Shown here: positions 55,793 through 64,000 of the stretch, one piece after another
How the letters are laid out: each line of letters opens with the position of its first letter
Numbering within the stretch: the first letter of the stretch is position 1
From: an uncultured Brevinematales bacterium
Lineage (GTDB): Bacteria; Spirochaetota; Brevinematia; Brevinematales; CAYRWR01
NCBI GenBank assembly: GCA_964537555.1
Contig: CAZIAD010000011.1
Span: 18,704-82,703, forward strand
Direction: 5' to 3'
Length of the DNA stretch: 64,000 bases
Notes under the pieces: generated by a model
The model's input: only the letters and a program-made list of their open reading frames with translations
Databases searched by the model: none
Told to the model about the DNA's origin: nothing
Program-made: the position numbers and the translations under genes

Positions 55793-56665
55793 CTACTTAT
55801 TATCTGACGAGTACTTTTGAATATCTTCCTCGGAAATCTTGAGGAGAAATGGCTCCAGAAAGGCGCCAAAAACATAGGCCTGAACCGTCTCCGGTTGCCA
55901 ATAATATTTTTTATAGCTGATCTTATACCAGGGGTAGGTGCCCCAGGGTTGTACCTTCTCCGGTTTCAGGACTTCCAGGATTTTCACATCTTTAAGTGTA
56001 TTCAGATGTTCCTGAACTTTACCCTTTAATCCCGGTTTTGATCTGGCATTGACATAATTGGCAGAAATAAACCTGGACTCCCCTGGTTTCGGTTTATGAA
56101 CGAGCTGAAAAGGGCTTTGTAATTTTACGTTTTTGGCATATTGCAGATTGGTATAGGCCTGACTATGATATACAATCCCTAACTCCCCTAAAATCTTTTT
56201 CCCAAAAGCCGGTGCGGGCTCAAAATAAGTGACGGTATCTTTTGGAGATGTATCACTTCTTGTCCCGGGAGTATCATCCTCTATCGAAGCTATCATCAAT
56301 ATTGCTTTTCCCTGGTGAAAATAGATCCTGCCTGATCCCGACCATGAAGAATGACTGGATTGAAAAAACAGGATCTTTATTAGATTACCCTGTTTATCAT
56401 AGTAGCTGAGCATGCGTCCCAGATCCTGCTCGTACCACTCATAGTAGGACAGTCGTATCACATTATTCTTATCGATATAGATCTGATTGAGGGAATATGA
56501 ACCTATTCCTCTAATACTGCTCATGCTTCTCAATGGAATGTTTTGGAGTTCGTTGATTTGAATATCAACCTCTTTGATGATCTGCTGGTGCTTTTCCTGG
56601 GAGTAAATATGCTTATTTGAGCTAAGGATAATGAAGAATATCAACAATAGATTCTTAATTTGCAA
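55793..56665 (-). CDS. Secreted hypothetical protein with C-terminal SH3b-like domain
   Basis: TTG start after AAGGAG. Signal peptide MQIKNLLLIFFIILSS. The C-terminal YVNARSKPGLKGKVQEHLNTLKDVKILEVLKPE...YPWYKISY...QAYVFGAFL is SH3b-like. Confidence 0.5.
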   Translation of the reverse strand: MQIKNLLLIFFIILSSNKHIYSQEKHQQIIKEVDIQINELQNIPLRSMSSIRGIGSYSLNQIYIDKNNVIRLSYYEWYEQDLGRMLSYYDKQGNLIKILFFQSSHSSWSGSGRIYFHQGKAILMIASIEDDTPGTRSDTSPKDTVTYFEPAPAFGKKILGELGIVYHSQAYTNLQYAKNVKLQSPFQLVHKPKPGESRFISANYVNARSKPGLKGKVQEHLNTLKDVKILEVLKPEKVQPWGTYPWYKISYKKYYWQPETVQAYVFGAFLEPFLLKISEEDIQKYSSDNK

Positions 56666-56693
56666 GGATTACTCCTTTAGAGTGTAAAAAGTA

Positions 56694-56879
56694 TTATTTC
56701 TCTCTTTTAAAGACAAATTGTACTTTATTACATTTTCCGCGGGAGAGCAGAGGGATGGTATGATCCAGCTCCCAGCCTTCCAGGCTCAGTTCATCCATTT
56801 TCAGGATGTTATCTGCAAACTTCCAGCTGGACTCTATATCAGGTGATGCCAAGGCTAAATACTTATATTCATATGACAT
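56694..56879 (-). CDS. Small DUF4177-like protein
   Basis: The ATG at 56879 has a GGAAGAG-type RBS. MSYEYKYLA....LSLEGWELDHTIPL resembles the DUF4177 pattern (YEYK...GWEL). Weak call. Confidence 0.35.
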   Translation of the reverse strand: MSYEYKYLALASPDIESSWKFADNILKMDELSLEGWELDHTIPLLSRGKCNKVQFVFKREK

Positions 56880-56930
56880 ATCTCTTCCTTGTTCTGACAT
56901 GATACTATAATATAGCATTAATCGGGAGAT

Positions 56931-57458
56931 TTATAAAGTATCCGCACTTTTCTTTTTGTATTTCAGCTGGACCAGGCCTTTTTCATAGACATGGCTCTCT
57001 ACCAGATCCCAGTACATTTCCGTTTGAGCATGAGGAAAGAGAGGTATGCCCTGAGTCAGAAGGATGGGGTGCACCGATAGGATCATCTTATCTATCAGGC
57101 CTGCTTCCAGAAGCACATCATTGATACTGCCTCCTCCTACCAGCCAGATATCCTTTCCTCTTTCCTGTTTCAGAGACTGTACAAAGGGTATGGTCTTGTC
57201 ATTGATAAACTGTATATACCCTTCCTCACCGTGTTGGCGGCGGGTCATAACATAATTGGTCTTGTCACGGTAGGGGAAGGGAGGGCCGTAAGAACGGATC
57301 TGTTTGTAGGTATTATGCCCCATAATGGTGGTATCTATATTATTATAGAACTCATGATAGCCATAATCCTGATCGTTATAGAGCCAGTCTACACTCCCAT
57401 CAGGACGGGCAATATACATATCCAGACTGGTAGCAATGTATAATATCAGATCTCTCAT
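56931..57458 (-). CDS. Dihydrofolate-reductase-family protein (RibD C-terminal domain type)
   Basis: LILYIATSLDMYIARPDGSVDWL ... DIWLVGGGSINDVLLEAGLIDKMILSVHPILL. Confidence 0.75.
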   Translation of the reverse strand: MRDLILYIATSLDMYIARPDGSVDWLYNDQDYGYHEFYNNIDTTIMGHNTYKQIRSYGPPFPYRDKTNYVMTRRQHGEEGYIQFINDKTIPFVQSLKQERGKDIWLVGGGSINDVLLEAGLIDKMILSVHPILLTQGIPLFPHAQTEMYWDLVESHVYEKGLVQLKYKKKSADTL

Positions 57459-57502
57459 TTTCCCATAACCCCCACTGATATATCATAAGCCCGGTTTATT
57501 CT

Positions 57503-58762
57503 TTATTTAGCGGAAAAAACCAGGCCGATCTCTTCACTCATAATGCGGATACCCTCTTTTACGCTGTCACTGTCCATGGAATAATTGAGACGCAGGCACT
57601 CTGTCTTATGAGCCCATTCTTCATCCAGCCCGGCAAAGAAATAATGACCGGGTACCACTAAGACACCCCGTTTTTTGAGGCGTTCGTAGAGCTCCTGTGA
57701 GCTGATAGGCAGTCCGGGAAGATTAAGCCACAGGAACAGAGCTCCCTCGCTCTCATGTACTCTCCAGGGGAAGGCATCCCCGAAGTACTGATCCATCCAG
57801 CCCAGGGCAGCCCGGGATCTTTCTTCATAAAAAGGCCGTATAATATTTCGGCTGATGTCCTGTATCTGGCCGGAGTGAAACAGAGGCCGGGTCAGGGCCT
57901 GGCCCACATTGCCATTGGCCAGGCTGACAATGGCATGTATAGATGATACCGCACGGATCACATCTTCCCGGGCTACCAGTATGCCGGTACGGGTACCGGG
58001 CAGGCCCAGTTTGGACAGGGACATGGAGAGTACCATATGGTCTTCCCAGTGTATGTCTGCATCCCGGAAAATAATACCGGGAAAGGGCAGGCCATAGGCA
58101 TTATCCACCAGAAAAGGTATGTCTGCCTGTTTAGCCAGGGCAGAGAGGCGGTGTATCTCATCATCAGTAAGGACATTACCGCTGGGATTGGTGGGCCGGG
58201 ATACGCACATACAGCCTGTGTCATCACCCAGGTGCAGGCGGTCAAAATCTACATGATACTTGAAGCGGTGGGCCTGTCGTTCCTCGATAATGGGCCTCTG
58301 GGCTTTAAACAGGGATTCGACCAGTCCCTGGTCAGTATACCCTATATATTCCGGACTGAGAGGGAGTAAAACTTTTTTATGACGCCCCCCCGCATACTTG
58401 CCGGCATACATATTAAACAAATAGAAAAAGCCGTTCTGAGAACCATTAGTGATGGTAATATTATCCCGCTTCAGATTCCAGCCCAGTTTATTGTTAAAAA
58501 AACGGACCAGGGTATCTATAAAATCAAAATTTCCCTGAGGGGTATCATAATTAGTAAGAATCCGGTCAAACCAGTCCCGGTCCTTCATGATTTCCTGCAT
58601 GTTTTTATAAAAAATATCTTTTACCGCATCAATATGAGCAGGATTACCTCCTCCCATCATGATCATCTTATCCTGGCCGCTCATTACCTTACCCAGGTCA
58701 TCCATCAGCTCCATGATCCCGGACCGTTCCGCCAGCTTTTTACCAAAATCTGAAAGTTCCAC
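57503..58762 (-). CDS. avtA: Valine-pyruvate aminotransferase-like class I/II aminotransferase
   Basis: N-terminus LSDFGKKLAERSGIMELMDDLGKVM....IMMGGGNPAHI parallels my recollection of E. coli AvtA (FSLFGDKFTRHSGITLLMEDL...MLGGGNPA). PLP-Lys motif SLSKLGLPGTRTG. Confidence 0.7.
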   Translation of the reverse strand: MELSDFGKKLAERSGIMELMDDLGKVMSGQDKMIMMGGGNPAHIDAVKDIFYKNMQEIMKDRDWFDRILTNYDTPQGNFDFIDTLVRFFNNKLGWNLKRDNITITNGSQNGFFYLFNMYAGKYAGGRHKKVLLPLSPEYIGYTDQGLVESLFKAQRPIIEERQAHRFKYHVDFDRLHLGDDTGCMCVSRPTNPSGNVLTDDEIHRLSALAKQADIPFLVDNAYGLPFPGIIFRDADIHWEDHMVLSMSLSKLGLPGTRTGILVAREDVIRAVSSIHAIVSLANGNVGQALTRPLFHSGQIQDISRNIIRPFYEERSRAALGWMDQYFGDAFPWRVHESEGALFLWLNLPGLPISSQELYERLKKRGVLVVPGHYFFAGLDEEWAHKTECLRLNYSMDSDSVKEGIRIMSEEIGLVFSAK

Positions 58763-58827
58763 GTTTCCATCCTTAAGGTTTATACAAGATTATATCCTTT
58801 TTTAGTGCACAGGTCAAAACAAAAATT

Positions 58828-59871
58828 CTAGAGCCATTTCCGTTTTTTGAAGAACAGTAAAAGCCCGATAGCCACCAGGGCCATGATGCCCCAAACCACA
58901 AAATAGCCATATTTCCATCCAATGGCCGGGATATTGGTGAAATTCATTCCATAGACACCGGCAATGAAGGTGAGGGGGATAAAAATAGTGGAAATCACCG
59001 TGAGTACCTGCATCACCTTGTTCATTTCCATGCTGATGGAAGACATATAGAGGTCTCTTACTCCCCCCATGATTTCTTTGTGGGTCTCCAGGGTCTCTAT
59101 GATCTGAATACTGTGTTCATAGATATCGGTGAAATAACGGAAGGTCTCTGCTTCGAAGAGATCGGACTCATCACGAATGATCGTCCCCAGCATCTCCCGT
59201 ATCGGATAAATAGAAGTGCGTACATTGACCATATCCCGTTTCATATCCTGTATTTCCTGAATAGACTGGGTATCCATAGGAGACAGGATGCGGTCTTCCA
59301 TGGCCTCGAGTTTTTCTCCCATATATTCGATAATAGTAAAATAATGGTCTACCAGCACATCCAGTAAGGCATAGAACAGGTAATCAGACCCTCTGCTTCT
59401 CACTTTGCCTTTATTATTACGCAGCCTGTCCCGGATAGGGTCAAACAAGTCTCCAGCCTTTTCCTGAAAAGTAATGACTGTATTTTTATATAAGACCATA
59501 CATATCTGTTCCTTCAGGATCTCCTCCCCATCCAGACGCAGCATATTAGCTATTACGATCAGGTGTTCGTCAAATTCCTCGAATTTGGGCCTCTGCCCGG
59601 TATGTACTATGTCTTCCAGAAGGAGAGAGTGGACCTGAAACAATTCTCCCAATGCAGATACTGCATCTATATGATTGACCCCGTTCAGATTTATCCACTG
59701 ATAGACATCCGGCTTCAGAGCTTTTTGAAGATCCGGTACACTGCTGTATTCACTTTCAGTACAGGTATCGGTATTGTACTGGAACAGATTCAGGCTCAGA
59801 GGCTCATCTGTGAATTCACCGGTATAGACTGGAGTACCGGGGGGCAGTCCTTTGGTCTTTTTCATGCGCAT
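58828..59871 (-). CDS. corA: CorA-family magnesium/cobalt transporter
   Basis: YGMNF signature (GVYGMNFTNIP) before the final TM. Two C-terminal TMs. 347 aa. Confidence 0.85.
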   Translation of the reverse strand: MRMKKTKGLPPGTPVYTGEFTDEPLSLNLFQYNTDTCTESEYSSVPDLQKALKPDVYQWINLNGVNHIDAVSALGELFQVHSLLLEDIVHTGQRPKFEEFDEHLIVIANMLRLDGEEILKEQICMVLYKNTVITFQEKAGDLFDPIRDRLRNNKGKVRSRGSDYLFYALLDVLVDHYFTIIEYMGEKLEAMEDRILSPMDTQSIQEIQDMKRDMVNVRTSIYPIREMLGTIIRDESDLFEAETFRYFTDIYEHSIQIIETLETHKEIMGGVRDLYMSSISMEMNKVMQVLTVISTIFIPLTFIAGVYGMNFTNIPAIGWKYGYFVVWGIMALVAIGLLLFFKKRKWL

Positions 59872-59979
59872 CCTCCTGTGTGTGTTACTATATGATAGAG
59901 CATTTTAGTATTTATGACCATTTTAGGACCAGGCCTCACATTCAATATTGAAAAACTCACCAGGCCCTTGCTCAAAAAA

Positions 59980-60303
59980 CTACTGGCCTTTAAGTATACG
60001 TTCCAGAGATCCTGATATGAATGCGGCATCTATGACTCCTGACCTGCCCTGAGGCCAGTCATAGACTCTACAGGCATAGTGATAAGCCCTGGGTATAGAG
60101 CCATCATAAATGTCTTTACCATTTATCAAGATGCTGGGGCTCCCCGGAAAATTAAGATCTTTTGCCATTTCTTCACTTTCTACATCGATCTTTTCTATGG
60201 TGTTGATATTCAGACCAATGTCTTTATATACCCTCACCAGGTTTTCCCAGCTGGCTTCAGCATGGGGGCATCCCCTGAAGTACATAAATTGGATTTTCAT
60301 CAT
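59980..60303 (-). CDS. Thioredoxin-fold protein (DUF2703-like)
   Basis: IQFMYFRGCPHAEASWENL...IDVESEEMAKDLNFPGSPSILINGKDI....YACRVY matches my recollection of the F.GCP.....GSPT..v.G.D....CR.Y pattern. The start lies 2 nt after the upstream stop. Confidence 0.45.
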   Translation of the reverse strand: MMKIQFMYFRGCPHAEASWENLVRVYKDIGLNINTIEKIDVESEEMAKDLNFPGSPSILINGKDIYDGSIPRAYHYACRVYDWPQGRSGVIDAAFISGSLERILKGQ

Positions 60304-60304
60304 T

Positions 60305-61309
60305 TTACCTGCCCTGATGTTGGTAATAAAAATTTATTGATTTATTATGTGCACTTCCGCTTTTATCTGTCCAGCTCACTCTGAGTTGCAGATTTGAGAT
60401 CTCGGGATAGTATCTCATAAAATCCTGGTATTTCTGTTTTTCCGAGTCCCTTACCGTCGTTTCTCCACTCTGACGGCTCCATATCCTTAATTTCTCCTGT
60501 TCTGCCAGTATGAAAGCCTCAGGGGGAATGTGGCTGAGCAGGCTGTGATGTCCCAGAGTCTCAGTGAAGACATACATGAGAGAACCTTTTTCAATGACAC
60601 TGGCCCAGGGAGAATCGTAGTCGGGTATATCACGGCTCTTCCATACACCGGCTTCTGCCCCATACTCCAGGTACAGTGTAGCTGATATCTTATACTCGAT
60701 CCTGAGGTCGGATATCTCATTTTTCTGAAAGACCAGAAATGGGTTTTTTAAGGGTTCCCCCTCCCCTCCCTGGCTATAATTCAGCACATAGAAATAACTA
60801 TCCTTATAATAATAAAACTGCTCCCTGTTCACATTTAAAAAGGGAAAGCAGATATCAAATCCTTCCAGGGGAATGAATAAAGCGCCATTGGTAACCAGCG
60901 TGTGCTTATAGGCAGGCAGGATCTTCCTGACAAAACTCTTATCTAAAATGGGCATATTTATATAAGTGCTATCAGGGGCAGGACTGGGACACTTGAGGGT
61001 ACTGCTGTGGACCCAACCCGTCTTTCCCTCCCAGTTTTGAATCTCATAGTAAGCACTTTTGTAGATCTTGCCCTTATACCTTTCCCGGTACAGCTTCCTG
61101 CTTTTATTTCCTGTAAAATACACATCCTCGCCTTCGCTCAACAGGAAGACTACAGGACTACGTAAACCAGGGGCAGAATGGACCTGCATATTATCCATGC
61201 AATTGTACATCCTGATATAATCAGGCTGAGGTTCCAGAAAATAGACTGCATACATTCGGTGGAGCAGGACTAGGGTGAGTAGGATGGCCGGCACTAGAGT
61301 CTTCTTCAT
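60305..61309 (-). CDS. Secreted hypothetical protein with N-terminal SH3b-like segment
   Basis: Signal peptide MKKTLVPAILLTLVLLHRMYA. MQVHSAPGLRSPVVFLLSEGEDVYFTGN...YYEIQNWEGKTGWVHSSTL is SH3b-like. Confidence 0.5.
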   Translation of the reverse strand: MKKTLVPAILLTLVLLHRMYAVYFLEPQPDYIRMYNCMDNMQVHSAPGLRSPVVFLLSEGEDVYFTGNKSRKLYRERYKGKIYKSAYYEIQNWEGKTGWVHSSTLKCPSPAPDSTYINMPILDKSFVRKILPAYKHTLVTNGALFIPLEGFDICFPFLNVNREQFYYYKDSYFYVLNYSQGGEGEPLKNPFLVFQKNEISDLRIEYKISATLYLEYGAEAGVWKSRDIPDYDSPWASVIEKGSLMYVFTETLGHHSLLSHIPPEAFILAEQEKLRIWSRQSGETTVRDSEKQKYQDFMRYYPEISNLQLRVSWTDKSGSAHNKSINFYYQHQGR

Positions 61310-61374
61310 TGTTCCTCCCTGAGTCCTCAGTTTAACAGTCCTTTAAAAAAAACAAAATATTTTTAAAGAAATAG

Positions 61375-61428
61375 TTGACAATGTACGAAAATAAAAGTAT
61401 ATTCATATTACATGTGTATGAATATACT
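61375..61428 (+). promoter_or_regulatory. Consensus-like sigma-70 promoter with a 12-bp-arm perfect palindrome overlapping the -10
   Basis: TTGACA (61375-61380), 17-nt spacer, TATATT (61398-61403). Palindrome agtatattcata (61396-61407) / tatgaatatact (61417-61428). Confidence 0.5.
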
Positions 61429-61447
61429 TTTTGATAAGGAGGCATCT

Positions 61448-61504
61448 ATGACTCATATGATGTTTTTCGTTACCTCTGATAAGAAAAAAGGGAATAAGAA
61501 ATAA
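61448..61504 (+). CDS. 18-codon ORF MTHMMFFVTSDKKKGNKK with strong RBS (candidate small peptide)
   Basis: AAGGAGG at 61436-61442, ATG at 61448, TAA at 61502-61504. It sits between a strong promoter and a terminator-like hairpin. Coding status is unproven. Confidence 0.3.
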   Translation: MTHMMFFVTSDKKKGNKK

Positions 61505-61553
61505 TAGTGTAAACTCCACACCTCCAATATATTTCTCATCCCTGTACTATGAT

Positions 61554-61600
61554 AATAGTGGCTCGCTACGGCATCTCCATCCAAATCGCGGGCCACTATT
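61554..61600 (+). terminator. Terminator-like hairpin closing the small plus-strand unit
   Basis: aatagtggc (61554-61562) pairs with gccactatt (61592-61600), with extra cgc/gcg pairs inside, followed by tgtttgtatt. Confidence 0.4.
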
Positions 61601-61608
61601 TGTTTGTA

Positions 61609-61962
61609 TTACCAGTATCCCTTATATAAGTCAGCTACATAGATATCCTCGTACATATCCTGGATCTTGTCCAGTATCTCTTCAGCCTGATTTTCATCAT
61701 AGTCCATCACTTCCTGGGCTTCAGACTCTTCCATTTCCCCTTCCTCTACCCAGTATTCTGAGATGATGAAGGATATCCCTTTGAGGCCCTGTTCATTTAC
61801 AGCCTCTACCGCCTGGGGATGGAATTCTTCTCCCATAAAATTAGTGATACCCTGATCATAAAATATTGAAGTGACTTCTTTTTCCATATCGCTATATTCC
61901 TGCTGGGTAATGTTCTTAGCGTCTCTTCTGTGAAAGCTCAGCATCAATCCAAAATCACTCAT
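61609..61962 (-). CDS. Small acidic hypothetical protein coupled to the DinB-family gene
   Basis: The ORF runs to 61968. The second ATG (61962) has better spacing from GGAGAA and overlaps the DinB stop (ATGAGTGA). Glu/Asp-rich C-terminal half. No family recognised. Confidence 0.45.
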   Translation of the reverse strand: MSDFGLMLSFHRRDAKNITQQEYSDMEKEVTSIFYDQGITNFMGEEFHPQAVEAVNEQGLKGISFIISEYWVEEGEMEESEAQEVMDYDENQAEEILDKIQDMYEDIYVADLYKGYW

Positions 61963-62446
61963 GGGCATTTCTCCACCATTTTATATTTCGCTCTATGTAA
62001 CGTATATGTTCATCAGTATGCCCGGTATAGAGTTCAATTGCCTCCAGCAGGTTCATGTTTTTTTCCCGGCCCTGATACTTATAGATAAAACTATCCCGGG
62101 TCCATTGCGGGGGTGTGAGGCCAGCCAGATACCTGGAGCCCATAGCCCTGAGCAGACGGAATACATCCAGGTAGTCCTCCCGGCTTTCAGAAGAATAGCC
62201 TATCTTTCTGGCCCAGTCATCTTCGTCCCGTATCACAAATACTTCCGATCCGGGCTGGCCGATGATCGAACGCCAGCGGATAAAGTTATTGATATCAGAT
62301 TCGACCAGGTGGATGATATGTTCATGAATAGACCATGCTCCCTCAAACGGGATATACTGCATCAGTTCTTCTGAAAGAGCATGAATTGCTTTTTCCAGCT
62401 TGAGACTGGCATTGCCATATTCTTTTATAAGACTGTTTACATCCAT
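61955..62446 (-). CDS. DinB-family (DinB_2-like) four-helix-bundle metalloprotein
   Basis: PFEGAWSIHEHIIHLVESDIN ... YTGHTDEHIRYI gives the His triad spacing typical of DinB-like proteins. Confidence 0.7.
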   Translation of the reverse strand: MDVNSLIKEYGNASLKLEKAIHALSEELMQYIPFEGAWSIHEHIIHLVESDINNFIRWRSIIGQPGSEVFVIRDEDDWARKIGYSSESREDYLDVFRLLRAMGSRYLAGLTPPQWTRDSFIYKYQGREKNMNLLEAIELYTGHTDEHIRYIERNIKWWRNAHE

Positions 62447-62492
62447 CTATCAACACTCCTGAAGGGCCCAATACCTGCCTATACCGATCTGT

Positions 62493-63158
62493 TTACTGAA
62501 AAATGATCCCGTCTATGTCAAAGATCTCATAAGGCACGATAATAGAAGTTTTCTTTCCGGAAAAGGGAACGGGGATGCTGAACATATCTCCTGTGACATT
62601 ATCCTGCCCGTCGTCGGTATTTCTGATCACCGCAAAACCGGGATATTCGTATTCCAGGTTCAGGCTGTCTCCGGGCCTGGCATCGGACCGGTAGCCCCCA
62701 GCTGTGATCTGTCTCATATCCATCAGGCCGTATCTCATCTTAAATTCATCGAAAGTGATACTGCGTTTCTTTTGAGTGATCTTTTTATATTTTGCAAAGC
62801 CAAACTGTTCTTTGATATATTTCATGAGGTAGTGATTCATTTCCATGTGTATACCCTGAAAATCCGTATCCCCTGCCCTTAGGATGTGATTATTCTTTTT
62901 GAAATCATCCTGTGAGGGTACAAAACGGTCAAACTCTTCATCAAAGATAATGCTGTACTTATCAAAAATGACCAGTCTATATACCACCTCCTGCTGAGCC
63001 AGGATTCCCATAGGATTGGCTTCTATACGCACCTTTACCAGAAGCTGGCCTTCATTATTGAGTGCCAAAGGAATAATCCTGATGCTGAGACTGGAAGGGC
63101 CTGTGGCAAAGGCCGTATTCATGAGCAGCATAAGTATAATGAGGTATAGCTTTTTCAT
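62493..63158 (-). CDS. Secreted hypothetical protein
   Basis: ATG at 63158 gives signal peptide MKKLYLIILMLLMNTAFA. No family recognised. Confidence 0.5.
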   Translation of the reverse strand: MKKLYLIILMLLMNTAFATGPSSLSIRIIPLALNNEGQLLVKVRIEANPMGILAQQEVVYRLVIFDKYSIIFDEEFDRFVPSQDDFKKNNHILRAGDTDFQGIHMEMNHYLMKYIKEQFGFAKYKKITQKKRSITFDEFKMRYGLMDMRQITAGGYRSDARPGDSLNLEYEYPGFAVIRNTDDGQDNVTGDMFSIPVPFSGKKTSIIVPYEIFDIDGIIFQ

Positions 63159-63206
63159 ATAACATCCTTTTTTACACTGAAACAGCAAATTGTTAAGCCT
63201 GATGCT

Positions 63207-63719
63207 TTAAACCCGCAGTTTTTTTATATCCGACTTCAGGCGCTCCAGGTCTGTGATCCAGTCTTCGATATCCTGTTCATGCTCCAGCTCCTCATTGAGG
63301 ATCTGGGTGGCTATCTGGTGGGTAGAATGGTCTTTGCCATTGGTAAAATCAGCAATGGTCTTGTATCGATTAATGGCACAACGCTCCCCTCTCAGGTTCT
63401 GCTCCAGAATGATCTCAACATAAGGATCTGAGGGTTCTTCATAAGCGCACTGGGCCAGTTTGGTCCACTGGTCCGGATTTAACACAGGTGTGCCTCCCAG
63501 CTGTATGATGCGGTTGATGACCAGATTGGCATGGTTAAACTCCTGGCTGGCATGGATCAGTAATTCCGGCTCTATCTCTGAGCGCATAGGGCCCTCCATA
63601 AGCTGAGCCCCTACCCAGTACTGGTAATAGGCCAGCCATTCCTCTGCCAGTGCTTCATTCAGCATCTGGATAAGCTTCTGGGTATCTACCCCTAAAATCT
63701 CAATACCTTTTTTTCCCAT
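63207..63719 (-). CDS. Ferritin-like di-iron protein of the Dps-like (DPSL)/bacterioferritin-related type
   Basis: LNEALAEEWLAYYQYW ... ASQEFNHANLV ... ILNEELEHEQDIEDW form ferritin-like E/ExxH ligand blocks. Two Cys are 23 residues apart (positions 91 and 114 by my count). Confidence 0.65.
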   Translation of the reverse strand: MGKKGIEILGVDTQKLIQMLNEALAEEWLAYYQYWVGAQLMEGPMRSEIEPELLIHASQEFNHANLVINRIIQLGGTPVLNPDQWTKLAQCAYEEPSDPYVEIILEQNLRGERCAINRYKTIADFTNGKDHSTHQIATQILNEELEHEQDIEDWITDLERLKSDIKKLRV

Positions 63720-63760
63720 GTTTCACCTCCATTAAATACATTTTATATACCTAACCCGGC

Positions 63761-64000
63761 TTATGCAAGCGGATGGCCTTTACGTGCTTCCAGTAATCTG
63801 TACCAGTCTTCCCGGGTGTACTCAACATCCAGGGCAGCCACTGCAGACTGTATCCGTCCGGGATGTGTGGAACCTACCAGGGGAAAGATCCCGGCAGGAT
63901 GTTTGAGTATCCAGGCCAGGGCCAGCTGACTGGCATCGATATTATAATGTGCGGCCTGCCTCTCTACTTCTGCTTCGATCACTGCTTCCTGTTCCGGCTT
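63761..64000 (-). CDS. Aldo/keto reductase, C-terminal part (N-terminus beyond right window edge)
   Basis: The frame stays open to base 64000. ASQLALAWILKHPAGIFPLVGSTHPGRIQSAVAALDVEYTREDWYRLLEA is a typical AKR C-terminus. Confidence 0.7.
   Translation of the reverse strand, partial: KPEQEAVIEAEVERQAAHYNIDASQLALAWILKHPAGIFPLVGSTHPGRIQSAVAALDVEYTREDWYRLLEARKGHPLA

Noticed and set aside
1-64000. Search for CRISPR arrays, tRNA/rRNA genes, transposases and prophage genes
   Set aside because: Scanning the intergenic regions by eye, I found no regularly spaced short repeats, no tRNA-like T-arm consensus, and no rRNA or IS/phage hallmark proteins. Small tRNA-like elements could be missed without tRNAscan or cmscan.

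Overview
Chromosomal window of intermediate G+C (by eye) from a diderm, flagellated bacterium. The flgN-like/flgK/flgL/fliW/csrA block, a bactofilin, many TPR and SH3b-type lipoproteins and an Omp85 barrel fit a free-living spirochaete-like organism, but that taxonomy is inference only. About 65 protein-coding genes can be supported. I found no rRNA, tRNA, CRISPR array, transposase or phage integrase by eye. Recognisable housekeeping content: xerD, an ssb-like gene, dxr, mtnA, an AvtA-like aminotransferase, corA, ptsN, a sugar ABC importer (binding protein plus two permeases, no ATPase), an SLC12/APC-type transporter, an ActP-like symporter with a DUF485 partner, and the hook-associated flagellar genes with fliW-csrA. 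Most interesting observations: (1) a translationally coupled six-gene minus-strand operon at 27.5-33.6 kb combining an acyl-AMP ligase, a WecG/TagA glycosyltransferase, MtnA, a degenerate GlgD-like nucleotidyltransferase, a tocopherol-cyclase-family protein and a TM1266-like ACT protein, which matches no pathway I know; (2) a bacterial XPB/Rad25 helicase with RED motif plus a large partner protein; (3) a mosaic accessory stretch at 38.3-43.5 kb holding hicBA, a lipoprotein gene with a sharp internal composition break, an AAA ATPase cassette flanked by ~110-bp direct repeats, and ~0.9 kb of repeat-littered non-coding DNA; (4) a membrane-anchored TPR protein with a degenerate Mrr-type nuclease domain heading a three-gene TPR operon; (5) an Omp85 barrel fused to an HExxH peptidase-like domain and a TolB-like propeller; (6) a secreted protein made of near-identical 240-bp tandem repeats at the left edge; (7) an orphan promoter/operator/18-codon ORF/terminator unit at 61.4-61.6 kb. 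All family assignments come from motif recognition by eye and need HMM or BLAST confirmation.
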